Part shown: positions 38,114-50,690 of the stretch, piece by piece
How the letters are laid out: each line of letters begins with the position of its first letter
Numbering within the stretch: position 1 is the stretch's first letter
Assembly: GCA_963514005.1 (NCBI GenBank)
Contig: OY740797.1
Span: 14,074,001-14,138,000, forward strand
Direction of reading: 5' to 3'
Origin: Raja brachyura
Taxonomy: Eukaryota
Length of the DNA stretch: 64,000 nucleotides
The notes under the pieces: model-generated
The model's database searches: none
What the model was told of the DNA's origin: nothing
The model's input: the letters and a program-made list of their open reading frames with translations, nothing else
Program-made: the position numbers and the translations under genes

Positions 38114-41100
38114 AATTCCATTTTCCTTTTAATCATACAAATTTAAATTCCTCAGCTGACACAGTGGGATGTGAAGGGCAGAGACCCTTCTTCAGGCAAA
38201 GGTCTGGAGAAGTCAAGGATCTGAAGGATCACGACCTGAAACATCACCCATTCCATCTCTCCATAGATGCTGTCTGTCCCATTTAGTTACTCCAGCATTT
38301 TGTGTCTATATTCGGTTTAAACCATCATCTGCAATTTCTTCCTACACTGTGGAATGTGAACGCATGTGTCAGAAAATTGACCAATATGTTGCTACACTTC
38401 CTCTTGCAATTTACGTAATCTTCTGCAGGAAAGTAATGCAAAGATTTCCATTAAATTTAGAAAACAGGAATTGAACAAATTTCTGCATTTCCAAAAATAA
38501 AAACGGGATATTTAGGAAATACACTGCCCCCATCTGTAAAGAGAGTGGATATCATGTAACATTTCATAATATCTTTACCTGTACTTAACTTCTTTTGCAC
38601 TGATAACATTTTGTTGTTTGCAAAAACTATCATGAATATTTATTTTTCATATTTATTTTTGGTTGCAGTTACACCTAAAAATTAGTATATTTGTTAAAAC
38701 TAGTTATTTGAACATGTGAACTGAATTACCCACTTGCACTTAAAGACTCTGCTCTTAACATTTCACTCTTTAAAACATACCCTTTTCACTAAGCATTAAT
38801 CATTTGTCCTGACAGCTTTTTCTTTCCCTCATTGTTAGATTTGGGGTTAATAAATACATGTATTGTTTGTGTTGAGTATTTCAATGTTAGAAGTGCAGGT
38901 GTTGTTGTTGTCTCTTCCAGATGGCATGGGAGATGATGAGCAGAAATCGCTAACATTTGGTCTTGGTTGACATTACACTCCATTACATCGTTGAATATCT
39001 GTGTTATTTAGCCTACTTGTGGCAATATTATCTCAACATTAATAACTTGGATCCCAGATAGGTTTTCATTTCGGGCATTTCAAGAGGTGCTGCTAAGTTT
39101 TCTGCTGGAGAACATTTCCATGGGCCAATCAGCTCCTAGTTAATGCGATGGTATTAACACCATTGTGCTGCTGCAGGAAAGCAACTTACTAATGGATTAG
39201 CAGGGTTGGGTGGGAGATGGGGGATAGTCACAGAAGGTTCATAAGTCATAGGAACAGAATTAGGCCATTTGCCCCATCAAGTCTATTCTGCCATTCAATC
39301 ATGGCTGATCTATCTTTCCCTCTCAACACATTCTCCTGCCCTCTCCCCATAACCTTTGACACCCTTACTAATCAAGAATCTATCGATCTCTGCCTTATAA
39401 ATATCCAATGACGGCCTCCTCAACAGTCTGTGGCACTGAATTCCACAGATTCACAAAAAGTGGGTCAACGGCAAATGTTAAAAGAGCCCATAAGCTTCCA
39501 GTGTCAACCAACCCCCACATTATAATAGGTCATCAGATTAATAAACGGCAGAACCTAAACATTGACATTGTATCTTCCCTACATTGTCAGCCATTGCACT
39601 ATTGAAGGTTTCAGCATTGTTCTATGTATTTGGGAAGGCAATCTTGATAACCTCCTTAATATCCCCTGTCATGGCCCTCTGCCCTTGATGGTTTATTATT
39701 AGATCCTGGTAAAGTAAGTTTTTTCCAGTTTCACAAGGATTATCCTTTTAACTTGCAGGCATTCTGTCTACTTATTCCATCATAAGAACTCCACGGAGGA
39801 AATAGTTAGGACAATGTTCCTGTCATAGACCACACTCTTTGTTTACTTCATGGTAATCTGACATAGTCATTGATATAGATCTCTACACAGAGTGAGAGAA
39901 ACAACGAGAGGAAGAGGCAGATCCTCACAGTAAATGCCAACGTCCTGTGCAGTTAGTCAAAAGTGCAGTATATTTTTCTTAAAAGGACAATTTGATCTTG
40001 CGGAGAAAAAAATCTTTACGAAGTTCCAATATGTTATTTTTCAAACGATCTCTGGCAAAATTTGTTGTCATGTTAACATTAAGAGGCAATTAGGCATTCT
40101 TGAAGATCATCATAACTGGTATGTCACCCCTGTGTGACCCCCTTAAACTTCCCCTTCTATGTACTGCTGCTGTTGTATATACAATACTGACAAATATACA
40201 ACCGTACAGAAGTTTCAGTACTGTTTGCGGGTGAGGGAGGGAGTATGGTATGAATGCCCAGAAACATAACCATGGAATGCTTTTATTTACCCCAGTGTTA
40301 CACAATTAAAAATAGTTTCCCCTCCAAAACTGAAGTACCATAGCAACTGTTTCCAATTTGCTCTGAGTCACCCTGACGATGGACACTCATGACCCTGACA
40401 TGCAAGAAATCAGTAGGAAGGGACTGCAGATGCTAGTTTACACTGAGGATAGACACAAAATGTTCATAAGTGATAGGAGTAGAATTAGGCCATTGTCTAC
40501 TCTGCATACAATCAAGAGTAACTCAGCGGGACAGGCAGCATCTCTGGAGTGAGACAATGGGTGACGTTTCAGGTCGAGAGGAACACTAGAGATATGGAAG
40601 AGTACAAAGACAATGTAGGGTGTGAAAATGACAGATCAAAGCAGACGATGATCAAGGAAATGTAGAATTGTTCATTGTTGGCAGATGGGAAGGAAATCAT
40701 GTCATTCCCTCACTCTTTTGGAGCTTTTCAAGGTGGCACCACATTGTTCCAGGAAGGACCATTGTTAGGCTCCTCCAGGACAATTAAATCTTCCCAGATC
40801 AATGCCAGATCGATGCCCATGTCAGGTCTCTATTTAACTTTAATCATTTCTTGCATCTCCTGCCATCCTCCCTTGGCCCACCCCAAAATGCTAAGGCCCC
40901 AGTCTTGTAATCCTCCGGACCCCCAGTCATGCATATGCCTGGTCCTGTGAACTCATTCCTGGTAACTTCACAATACAAGTAGCCTCTGATGTCCCACCAG
41001 CCTGCGGATTACACCAGAATGTCAAAGTCATTAACTTGTGTTTTTATTTTCTGATCTTACAAATGACGGTGTTATGATGTATTTGTTCAATTATCTTGAA

Positions 41101-42584
41101 TTTCAGAATACAGGTTAGTTGTTTCATTGGCGATTACTGAATCACTTAGTCTGAAGAAGGGTTCCGATCTGAAATGCCTCCTATTCCTTTTCTCCGGAGA
41201 TGCTGCCTGACCTATTGAGTTGCTCTGGAATTTTGTGTCTACCAATTACACTCACTGAGCTGAGCTGAGCCAGTCTTTCTGAACGCGTTCTCCAAAACGA
41301 GTTACATAATTTCCACGGCTAAAATTACACATCAGTGTATCACTGAATAAAAGACACTCCCAATGAAATTCCATTCATTCAGTTTCCATCAAATGCACAA
41401 TTTCAGGCACTCCCTGTGCTGTGTTGACCGCCTGTTGCTGGAGTTCAGAGATGAGGGACACTGTTAAAAATGCCCCCAATTCCTACTCCTCATCGGCATC
41501 TTTCTCCAGTCTCATTGTCCGGTGCCATTTAATACATGGAAAAGACTTAAGTCACTTGACAAGCTAGGACCACAGAGAGACACAGAGACCACAGACTTCG
41601 AGAATCACAGAAATTTACTGGGAGTCACTTGGCCATTATATCCCTTGGCCACCGAGGCCCCAATCTGAAGAAGGATCTTGACCTGAAACATCACCTGTTC
41701 CTATTCTCCAGCGATGCTGCCTGACCTACTGAGTTACTCCAACTTTTTGTGTCTATCTTCGACATAGACTGCTCAGACGCACACTCCCTGCCTTGGGCCA
41801 TAATCGAGTGGGGGCACATTCCAACTCTTGTTCAGTTGTCTCCCGCTGCTTTTCATTACGAGAGCAGTTGACAACAATGGGCGTAAGATATCTCTTATCT
41901 TCCTTGAATGTCTTTTCCCTGTGGCTGTTACATTACCAGATGAACCCATTCACCAATGGGGACAGTTTTTTTCTCAACTTTTTGTCCAGATGATAAAATC
42001 TGGAAACCACTGCCCGATGAGCTGATGGTGAGTGGGAATCCTCACAACTTTTAACAAATATTTAGATGAGTTTTTGAAACACCATGGCAGAAAAATACAA
42101 GCCAAGTGGCAGAAAATGGGGTCAGTACAATTAGGCACTCACGGCCATCATGGACGTGATGAAGCTGTATGGCTCTAATCCCTTGGAAGTGCTTTAATGT
42201 TTTTTTGCAGATCCACACACTGTAACTGTTATACGTGGCAACTGAACCATCCAACCAGAGAGCAGTCCTGAGCTACTAACTACCTCATTGGGGACCCTCA
42301 GACTATCTTTGATCGGACTTTACTGGACTTTATCTTGCACTAAATTTTATTCACATTTTTCCATTTATCATGTATCTGTACAGTGTGGGTGGCTCGATTG
42401 TAATTGTGTATTTCCTTTCGGCTGACTTGTTAGCATGCAACAATAGCTTTTCACTGTGAAATGGGAATGTTTTAGTTGTCAATCAGATTAAATTCTGTAC
42501 GGTAGTATATAGTCAATGTTTGATATGATGTGGGGCACAATGTGATTGGCCTCAGCACAACATTTGCCTGTATAATGCTGTGTG

Positions 42585-43638
42585 TAGGTATGTTACAAAA
42601 CTTACCTTTAGCGGTGCTGCAGTTCTGCCGCTGGCCGTGTGCGCGACTTTGGTGCCTTTAAGGGGGGGGGGGGGGGGGCCGGGGTTAAAATGTGGTTTTC
42701 CCCTTGCCATCCGGAGCTTTCTATTGTCGGAGTGCGATTATTTCTGGTGATTCGTTCCCACTGCCGGTAAGTTAATTTTTTTTTATAAATAGCCCGACTA
42801 CTTCATCGCTGCAGTAAGATAAAAATTAGCTCCTAATGCCGTGACCGCCGACAACGGGGACGGATTTTACGTAGGGGACAGGTAAGTGAAAGCTGTTTAT
42901 TTTTTCATATAAACCTGCTTGTTTAGGGGACTTTAATCAATATTTCATGTTGCGAAACGGTGATTTAGCCCCCATATGAACCGGCATACTTTTTCCTGCC
43001 GATATTGGGTTTAAATTCACCGCAACCGCAACATTCTAATCCATCGCGTTCCAGAAAATCCCACTCGCAAGCTGTTTAAAATGCCCATTAATTTATGGGC
43101 ATTAAACACTAAATTCCTTCAATTTGGCCTATAAATTAATGACAATTAGATTTAAAAATCATGTTAAATTGTGAATTATTGTGTGAATGTTAATTGGACA
43201 CTTAGGCTTTAAATTTTTTTAAAATCTTTTCTTAAGAAACTGATAGATGTTTAGATCTAGTAATTGAATTTTGTAATTAGCTACAATTGGGTAACTAACT
43301 AATTATATGCTTTAATTTCAGATCATCCAAGTAAGATTGTTTCATATTTGTTTCAGAATACTTCAATCTATAATAACTGAAAATGTATTTCAGTTCTCTT
43401 AATTTTTAAGAAAGTTATGTGCTTTTGACTGTCCTCGATCACAACTTTAGTGTTAAGTCAATAGAAAAGCAATAGGAAACAAGTTGCTAATTTCCGAGTA
43501 TGCAAATGGCTATAACTTTGTTAATACTGAAGATATGAAAGTGAATTAGGTGTCAAATTAAACTTATTTTTATGCTTTATCTGATGGGATAAATTGTAGA
43601 CTTGATTTTTTAAATCTCAAAATTTTGTAACATTGCTA
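42585..43638. mobile_element. Non-autonomous TIR DNA transposon, copy 2 (inverted relative to copy 1)
   Basis: TAGGTATGTTACAAAA / TTTTGTAACATTGCTA; flanks ctgtgtg / ctgtatg. The AT-rich half is a close reverse complement of 12592-13200. Confidence 0.85.
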
Positions 43639-44194
43639 CTGTATGCTGACTACCTGGTCACTACCATCATTGATGTTGCAAAATGGAACTAAACCATGCT
43701 ATTCATCAGCAAACATTCCCATTTATGGTGTAATGATAGAAGGAAGATCATTTGTGAAAGAACTGCTGATGACTTGGCTCAGAACAGACATAAATGGCTG
43801 AAGAGCCTGTTCCTAAAATGAATCTTTCCTATGTTATTCAATATATTACTCTCAGTGACATGAGGTCCACGTGTGTTTATTAATCACGTGTGCTACGTAT
43901 CAAAGGCCTTCTGAAAGTGTAAACTTATACCCACCGATTCCCCTGAACTATTCTGCTGGTTACATCAAAAACACTTGACAGATGCGTTGAACATCATTCC
44001 CCTTTCATTCACCCAAATTGACACAAAGAGCTGGTGTAACTAAACGGATCAGGCAGCGTCTCTGGGAAACATGGACAGGTGATGTTTCAGGTCGGGACCC
44101 TTCTTCAGACTCGACCACTTGACACTTCCCAGATATGTTATTATTTTCCGAATGTCCAATTCCCACTTCCTTACAGATAATAGGTCCCCACATT

Positions 44195-44403
44195 GTGTAT
44201 CATAGACGTGACCCGGGCGGCCAATCAAGACAATGCTGAAGACGTTGATGGAAGACGCATGTGTAGAGACAAAAGAGGAGCTTGCCAGTTGCATGGAGGA
44301 CAGAGATGTGTGGTGCGTCCGTCACCGTGCCCGTCGGAAACCAGCACCACTGCGTCGCTAATGTTTTCAATGATTTAATAAAATAATAATAATAAATAAT
44401 AAC
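44195..44403 (+). mobile_element. RTE-group LINE extreme 3' end with (AAT)n tail
   Basis: GRPIKTMLKTLMEDACVETKEELASCMEDRDVW fits the GRP...M.DR..W C-terminal pattern and is followed by an AAT microsatellite. Confidence 0.6.
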
Positions 44404-44527
44404 ATTTTCTATACTACTGATAGTTATAGTACTACTGGTCTAATTCATGGTAACTTATGTCAGTTGACCACCATGGTATGTTACGTCAGTCGATGATAAC
44501 TAACGTCAACAGAAGTGGGCAACTTAC

Positions 44528-44631
44528 CATCAGAGGTTCTTTCCATGGATGTTGACATCACATGGTGTAAACATGATTTGTTCACATCCCTCTCTCTTTG
44601 CGTTGCGACGAGATTTTCTAAAAAGCGATTT
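44528..44631 (-). CDS. FHOD1: FHOD1 exon (NRFLENLVATQRERDVNKSCLHHVMSTSMERTSD)
   Basis: Acceptor ttctttcag|A, donor GAT G|gtaagt, 104 nt, phase 2->1. RFLEN motif of FHOD1. Confidence 0.88.
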
Positions 44632-45444
44632 CTGAAAGAATTACAGCAGCAACTCAGAACATATTCATGCAATATGTTTTTTTCATTCCAGGCTTGTCTA
44701 GGGTCCCACAGCACGCCACACTACACCAAACATGCAGTTAAATAAATTAATTATTTTTCATTGCAGAGTGGAACATTGTACAAGTATTGTACAATACATT
44801 TTTTTTGGACAATATCATATACATCAAAGCAGCTTTTTTTCCCACATTCACCTTCAGTTTTGAACTGCTGGGAGAAGCTACTCAATCAAGATCAAAATTC
44901 ACAAGAAGGAAAATCTCACCCAATTTCCAAAAGAAAGATAATAACCACCGCACACTCACCATGGCCCAGCCACCACTACATGACCTATGTTAGGATATTC
45001 CACTTATTATAGGCCAGTCACTTGCAAAATAAACACGCTTATATAGTCGTGCAGCAGGTTGGTCTCTAAAAATGTATTAATTGTCAATTAACTTTAAACA
45101 CAAATTGAAACAATCAATATAACTGGTTTAATGACAGTTGTATTGTATTCAAATTGTATTTAAGATTTGCAGTGTAGAAACTGATGCTGGTTTGAGATAC
45201 AGAGCACCAGCCCACTCAAGTGCAATAACGTCAGTGCATAACTTGATCAGTTATCAATGAGAAGGGTTTCCATTCCTTTGTTGGAATAGGATCGGCTTAA
45301 ATGTCTCAACCTTGCTTAATTTTGTACCGGCCTATAATAAAATGTCACCCCAAAAGTTAGAACCTGTACCAGAAAAGACAAATCGCAAAGCAGACATAAT
45401 GTAGCTCATACACTTATCATCTTCATTCCTCCACCAATACTTAC

Positions 45445-45492
45445 CCATATCTTTTCAGAATTGGTTTATCCTTAATCTGAATCCTCTCAGCC
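45445..45492 (-). CDS. FHOD1: Probable FHOD1 48-nt cassette exon (AERIQIKDKPILKRY)
   Basis: Strong acceptor tctttttctcag|G and donor GG|gtaagt. Symmetric phase 2->2 between two phase-2 neighbours; frame open. Confidence 0.72.
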
Positions 45493-46915
45493 CTGAGAAA
45501 AAGACCAGTTTCAAGATCCATTGTCATTAACAAGTCACTGCTGGCATTGGAAATGGTAGGTTCATAATTTCCGATATTAATGAGTAATGATTTTATTGCC
45601 CTATCATTAAATGAAAGCTCCCTTGAAGCAAGTGACATAGTTATTGTATCGACAGTGCACCCCAGGTGCAGCCATTCATTGTCATTAGAATCCAAATTAA
45701 TCTAATGTGGAAAGCCATTAATCCCTATCAACACAAGACATGGAAGCAGAATTATGCCATTTGGCCCATCAAGTCTACTCTGCCATTTGATCATGGCTGA
45801 TTTATTTTTTCTTCTCAACCCCATTCTCCTTCCTTCTCCCCGTAACCTTCGACGACCTTACTAATCAAGAACCTATTAATCTCACCATTAAAAATAACCA
45901 ATGACTTGTACTTCAGAGCTGTCTGTGGCAATGAATTCCACAGATTCATCACCCACTGGCTAAAGAAATTGCTCCTCATTTCCATTTTAAAGGTTTATTC
46001 TGAGGCTGTGCCCTCTGGTCCTACTGGAAACAATAGTTAACCTTAAACACTAATTGAAACAACCAATATAACTGGCTTAATGACAGAAGTTTATTATTAT
46101 TAAAAGCTCAAGCTGCATTTAAGTTTTCTGTTCTCACCACAGAAAATGTATTTGCTGTACCTTTGCCACCTGCCAACCAACCATCTCTTTATGCATATCC
46201 ATAAGCATTAGGGTCAGCACCCAAAGATGCACCAATGCTCATCTATACCCAAAGCCAACAATTTCATCTATTTGACTGTCATTGGCATTATCTTCCTGCC
46301 CAATGTGAAATTATGCATGAGATGCTGGTTAGGTTAAAGACTTCCGGTTAACCTTGGCATAAAATTGCAGCTTCCTTCAGGACCTTCTTTACAGCCTGAA
46401 CCCAATGATAGGCAAAGCGTGCGCTATTAAACTATAATCTCAATTTTCAGCTTCTGTCAACTTCACTGATTTCACCAGCGTACACAGTCTCTTGTCACCT
46501 GTGAAAACCTCATTTACATTTTCTTCATTCCATGCTTGTTATCTCCAGTGCTCTCCCAAATCGTTTCTTGCAGTCCACGCTGTTTAAACCCAAACTCACC
46601 CACAGTTCTGCTCCCTTAATCGTACCCTATTCTGTCTTGCCTTTGGTCCCTGTTCACCACTCCAGCCAGTACTTGTCTCCACTCTCCACTGCTACCCTCT
46701 TGTATATCCACGGTTGTTGGCACGGGGTTCTGCTAACTTCCTCCTTCATACCCAAATTCAACTTCAATGAAATTGCTTGTCAATTTCAATTAAATCTGCA
46801 GTGTAACTAACACGCTGTGTTCTTAAAGAGACAGTGGTGTCTGATTAGTGTGGGGATAGTCAATTTATTATAACAGTAATCCGTTACAAAGAGGTTCATG
46901 ATAACAAAGGTTTAC

Positions 46916-47012
46916 ACAAAAAGCTGGAGAAACTCAGCGGGTGCAGCAGCATCTAAGGAGTGAAGGAGATAGGCGACGTTTCGGGTCGAGACCCTTCTTC
47001 AGACTGGGCTGC
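46916..47012 (-). mobile_element. Short Penelope-like retroposed unit with minimal hammerhead core
   Basis: Minus strand CTGAAGA A GGGT-CTCG-ACCC GAAAC GTC (~46974-47002). Perfect 20-bp TSD tcatgataacaaaggtttac at 46896-46915 and 47013-47032. Confidence 0.75.
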
Positions 47013-47144
47013 TCATGATAACAAAGGTTTACTGTCCTTTAAAGTTTCACCTTGATCGCAGTTACTCCAGTTCTATTGTCAAAATCAACCTTCAAATGCA
47101 AAAACAAGATCATATCTAAAATCCCTCTAAATGATCTGACTTAC

Positions 47145-47252
47145 TTGAAAATACTTCTTTCTCCAGGGCCTGCTTTCTCAGTTTTGTTTTCTGAATTCTC
47201 ATTCAGCAAATCTGACTTACTAAATGATGGATATGAATTTTGCACAGTAGGC
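47145..47252 (-). CDS. FHOD1: FHOD1 exon (PTVQNSYPSFSKSDLLNENSENKTEKAGPGERSIFK)
   Basis: Acceptor ttttctctgcccacag|G, donor AA|gtaagt, 108 nt, phase 2->2. ERSIFK corresponds to FHOD1 ERSIYK preceding RFLEN. Confidence 0.85.
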
Positions 47253-48765
47253 CTGTGGGCAGAGAAAATATAGATATTTAAGCATATATACTTAACAATA
47301 AAATTATCGTTAAATAAAAGAGCAGAAAATAGAATAAAATGTCCCAATAACCTTACAGTGAATTCCCACGGTGATCACACCCAATGGGGAGGCTCATCAT
47401 CAGAATCAACAGACTGAACTGTTTCCTGTCAGCAATAACCAGTATCAGCCTGGTACATTGTCACTGAGTCATTGGGATATTACAATACCAAATAGTTGTT
47501 TCATGGATCGCGATTCTTACTAGTCCACAGGCTTTGGAAAAACAACATCAAAAATAAATGTATTGAAATAATAAATGGTATGAAAAACCATGAGGAAGAA
47601 AACCCAAGTGTTTTAGAACCTAGAAAAACATTTACTGTGCATTTACTTCTAGTTTATGACATAATATAATTTGATGAATATCAGTTAGAAAAGCTTAATG
47701 GTTTGGCTTTACTTTTAAAAGATACACGTTTTAAGAGCTCAGGAAATCAAACAAAAATGATTTGCGCATACTGAAACTCAGTATAGAAAAACTTGAAAGG
47801 TTTGATTTTCAGGAATAGATTATGTGGGTAAAATTCTCAAAGGCAAAATTCTACAGAGTAAAAAGCAATCCAGGAAAAAAAAAAAATTCTTATTGTAAAT
47901 CGTGACTATTTTTCTATCATTGACAGGAGAAATTTCAATAGTTTGTATTGAAATTGTACAATGATCATAATACGAATTCCATCTACTTAATAATGATATT
48001 TTATTCTTCAAAGAGCATTTCCATTGACTCATCCGGGCTGCCATGCTTTTTCATTTCAATTCGATCCAGATCTCTATCCTGTTCTAAGGCAGAGAGAGGG
48101 GAATTTTGATGGATGAGTTCATAAGCATTTGGTACAGTCAGAACTTGAAATGTGGAACCATTTGGAGTGAGGGAATCATGTCTCTGACTCTTGAATAACT
48201 AAGGGAAGTGAAAAACTGATGAAAGAGTTTGTCAAGAAGACTAAGACAATTAAAGAATGCTAAATAACAGAATTATTCAAAGGCATCTATAGGGGATAAT
48301 ATTAATTCAATTCATTAACCACCAGTGTTCAAAAATACAACATTTCTTAAACGTCTCGTTGTTCAACAATACCTTGCCCCAAATGGTCCCCAGCTCAGAG
48401 TTTAACTTTGGACCTACAGAAGAGACTTTTGCACATACAGAATTTTGACTGTTAAACCAATTTTCAGAGATGGAAATACAAGAGACTGCTGATGCTGGGA
48501 TATTGAGCTAAAAAGAAACTCAGTAGGTTAGGCAGCATCTGTGGAAGGAAATGAACAGGCGACACTTCGGGTCTAGACTGAAGTCTGAAGAAAAGTCCCA
48601 ACCTGAAAACATCACTGTTCTATTTCCCTCTACAGATGCTGACTGACCTGCAGAGTTCCTCCAGCACTTTTTGTTCTCATCTCCAGAGATAATTAGCTGT
48701 CACTGTTATTGGCTGTTGGCGAGCCATTAAAATGTCCCAATCAAGATAACAAAAGTAAGACAAAC

Positions 48766-48870
48766 CTGGAGGAGCTCGGGGAGCTCTCATCTGGTGCTTG
48801 ACTAACAACCCTAGGTCTTGATGGAAAGGTGAAAGATGTCGCTACATAATGGCTGACGTAGGAGCATTCC
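48766..48870 (-). CDS. FHOD1: Candidate FHOD1 exon (ECSYVSHYVATSFTFPSRPRVVSQAPDESSPSSS)
   Basis: Acceptor ctctgtcctttgacag|G, donor AG|gtttgt, 105 nt, phase 2->2, open frame, S/P-rich linker. No recognised homology. Confidence 0.55.
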
Positions 48871-49192
48871 CTGTCAAAGGACAGAGCTGTGAGAGAATGA
48901 ACTGGGCAAAGAGCAGCTGGACAAAGTAATCACATTAACACTGCATGGCATGTTTGATAAGTTGCAAGCTATACATGCCGCAAGATTGTTAAATAGCTTA
49001 ATGAAAGATGAGAGCAGAAGCGTTGATATGTAATGGTAATGTAAATATCAGCATTTCATGCAGACTAAAAATCTTACATCAAGTATTTCTGATAACTGAA
49101 AGGAGCCACAGAACCATCATGGAAGAGTTGGTATTTTAAATCAGCAGCACTGAACTTATTTTATGATGCAGGAACAGAAATTCCGATTGAGT

Positions 49193-49585
49193 TATAAGGT
49201 CACAAGGTCATAAGGGATAGGAATAGAATTAGGCCTTTCGGCCCATCAAGTCTCCTCCGCCATTCAATCATGGCTGATCTATCTCTCCCTCTTAACCCTA
49301 TTATCCTGCCTTCTCCCCATAACCTCTGACACCCGTACTAATAAAGAAACTATCTATCTCTGCGTCAAAAATATCCACTGACTTGGCCTCCACAGCCTTC
49401 TGTGGCAAAGAATTCCACAGATTCACCACCATCTGACTAAAGAAATTTATCCTCATCTCCTTCCTAAAAGAACATCCTTTAATTCTGAGGCTATGACCTC
49501 TAATCCTAGACTCTCCCACTAGTGGAAACGTCCTCCCCACATCCACTCTATCAAAGCCTTTCACTATTCGATAAGTTTCAATTTT
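49193..49585 (-). mobile_element. CR1-clade LINE 3' fragment
   Basis: ORF 49301..49591: IETYRIVKGFDRVD...RGHSLRIKG...LWNSLP. Confidence 0.85.
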
Positions 49586-49912
49586 GTTCAATTCTTCAAT
49601 ATTTCAATTCAGTTGTTAGTCGGCTAGTAGATTAAAGGATTCCATGAAGAAGTGGTTTTGTAAAACCCCAGCACCATGTGGCACGCCCAGGAACCACAGC
49701 CAGCAGAAGATAATCAGCAGAAATTCAGGAATCTCTTGTATGGTCCAATTTATGGACAAAAGCCCAGAATTTCCCAACTCAAACTGTATGTGAGCAGCCT
49801 GGTCACCAAACTGTGGAAGAAAGTCTACAGTCCAGAAAAAGAAAAGTAGCCAACCTCACCAAAAATAAGGCAGGTAAACTATTTTATTCATGTGAACAAG
49901 AAAAAAAAAAAT

Positions 49913-50690
49913 AGGCGGCACAGTGGTGCAGCGGTAGAGTTGCTGCCTTACAGCTCCAGAGAGCCAGATTTGATCCAAACCAAGGGTGCTATCTGTATGG
50001 AATTTATATGTTCTCAATGTGACTGTAGTGGCCATTTGGCCTGTTTTGCGTGTCATTGGGAATGGCATGTGACTTTAAATTTTAGACTGCCCGTTGTAAT
50101 GTGGGTGGGATTTAAAATGATGTGATTTTGGGCGTGTTTGCAGCTTAACTGCTTGCGCAGATGTTTAGTTTTTAGATTAGTTTGGACGGACGATGCACAA
50201 GGTCAATCCTTCGATCATGTCATTGTTACGGAGACACGAGGAGCTTTCTGATATCTAAAGCAATAAGCTGGAGTTCGAAGAAGATTGCCGTAACAAGTCG
50301 GAAAAACCTTGGATGTATCTTACTGTTTTCGACTGACAATAAAGTAAATATTCATCAAAAGACTGTGTGTTGGAGTTTTATCAATGAAGAAGCTCTCTGA
50401 GGCAGCTTGCATGCGTATCGAAGATATTCCCCTTATCCATTCTGATCCAATTAGCGGCTAGGGTGCTAATTACCCGAAAGATCTGAAAAATCTGCCGCTA
50501 CAGTGACTGCTTGGGCTTTCTCAGGGTGCTCCAGTTTCCTCCCACACTCTAAAGATGTATGGGTTTGTAGGTTAATTGGCTTAGGTAAAAAAAAATTTCC
50601 CTCGTGTGTAGGATAGTGCTGGTGTATAGAGTGATGGCTGGTCAGCGCAGACTTGGTGGGCTGAAGGTGTTTCTGTGCTGTATCTCAAAA
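49913..50690 (+). mobile_element. tRNA-derived SINE split by the solo LTR
   Basis: Head 49913-50023, tail 50508-50690. Confidence 0.78.
50024..50502 (+). mobile_element. Solo LTR (479 bp) inserted in a SINE
   Basis: TGTAGTGGC...GCCGCTACA termini. 5-bp TSD GTGAC at 50019-50023 and 50503-50507; internal AATAAA near 50338. The SINE sequence resumes seamlessly on both sides. Confidence 0.85.

Noticed and set aside
41760-42000. Coding-looking minus-strand stretch between the exons at 44528 and 36580
   Set aside because: A stop occurs in the required phase-1 frame after the visible acceptor; no convincing exon could be built.
48373-48413. 41-nt AG/GT-bounded segment on the minus strand
   Set aside because: Only open as phase 1->0, incompatible with the flanking phase-2 exons.
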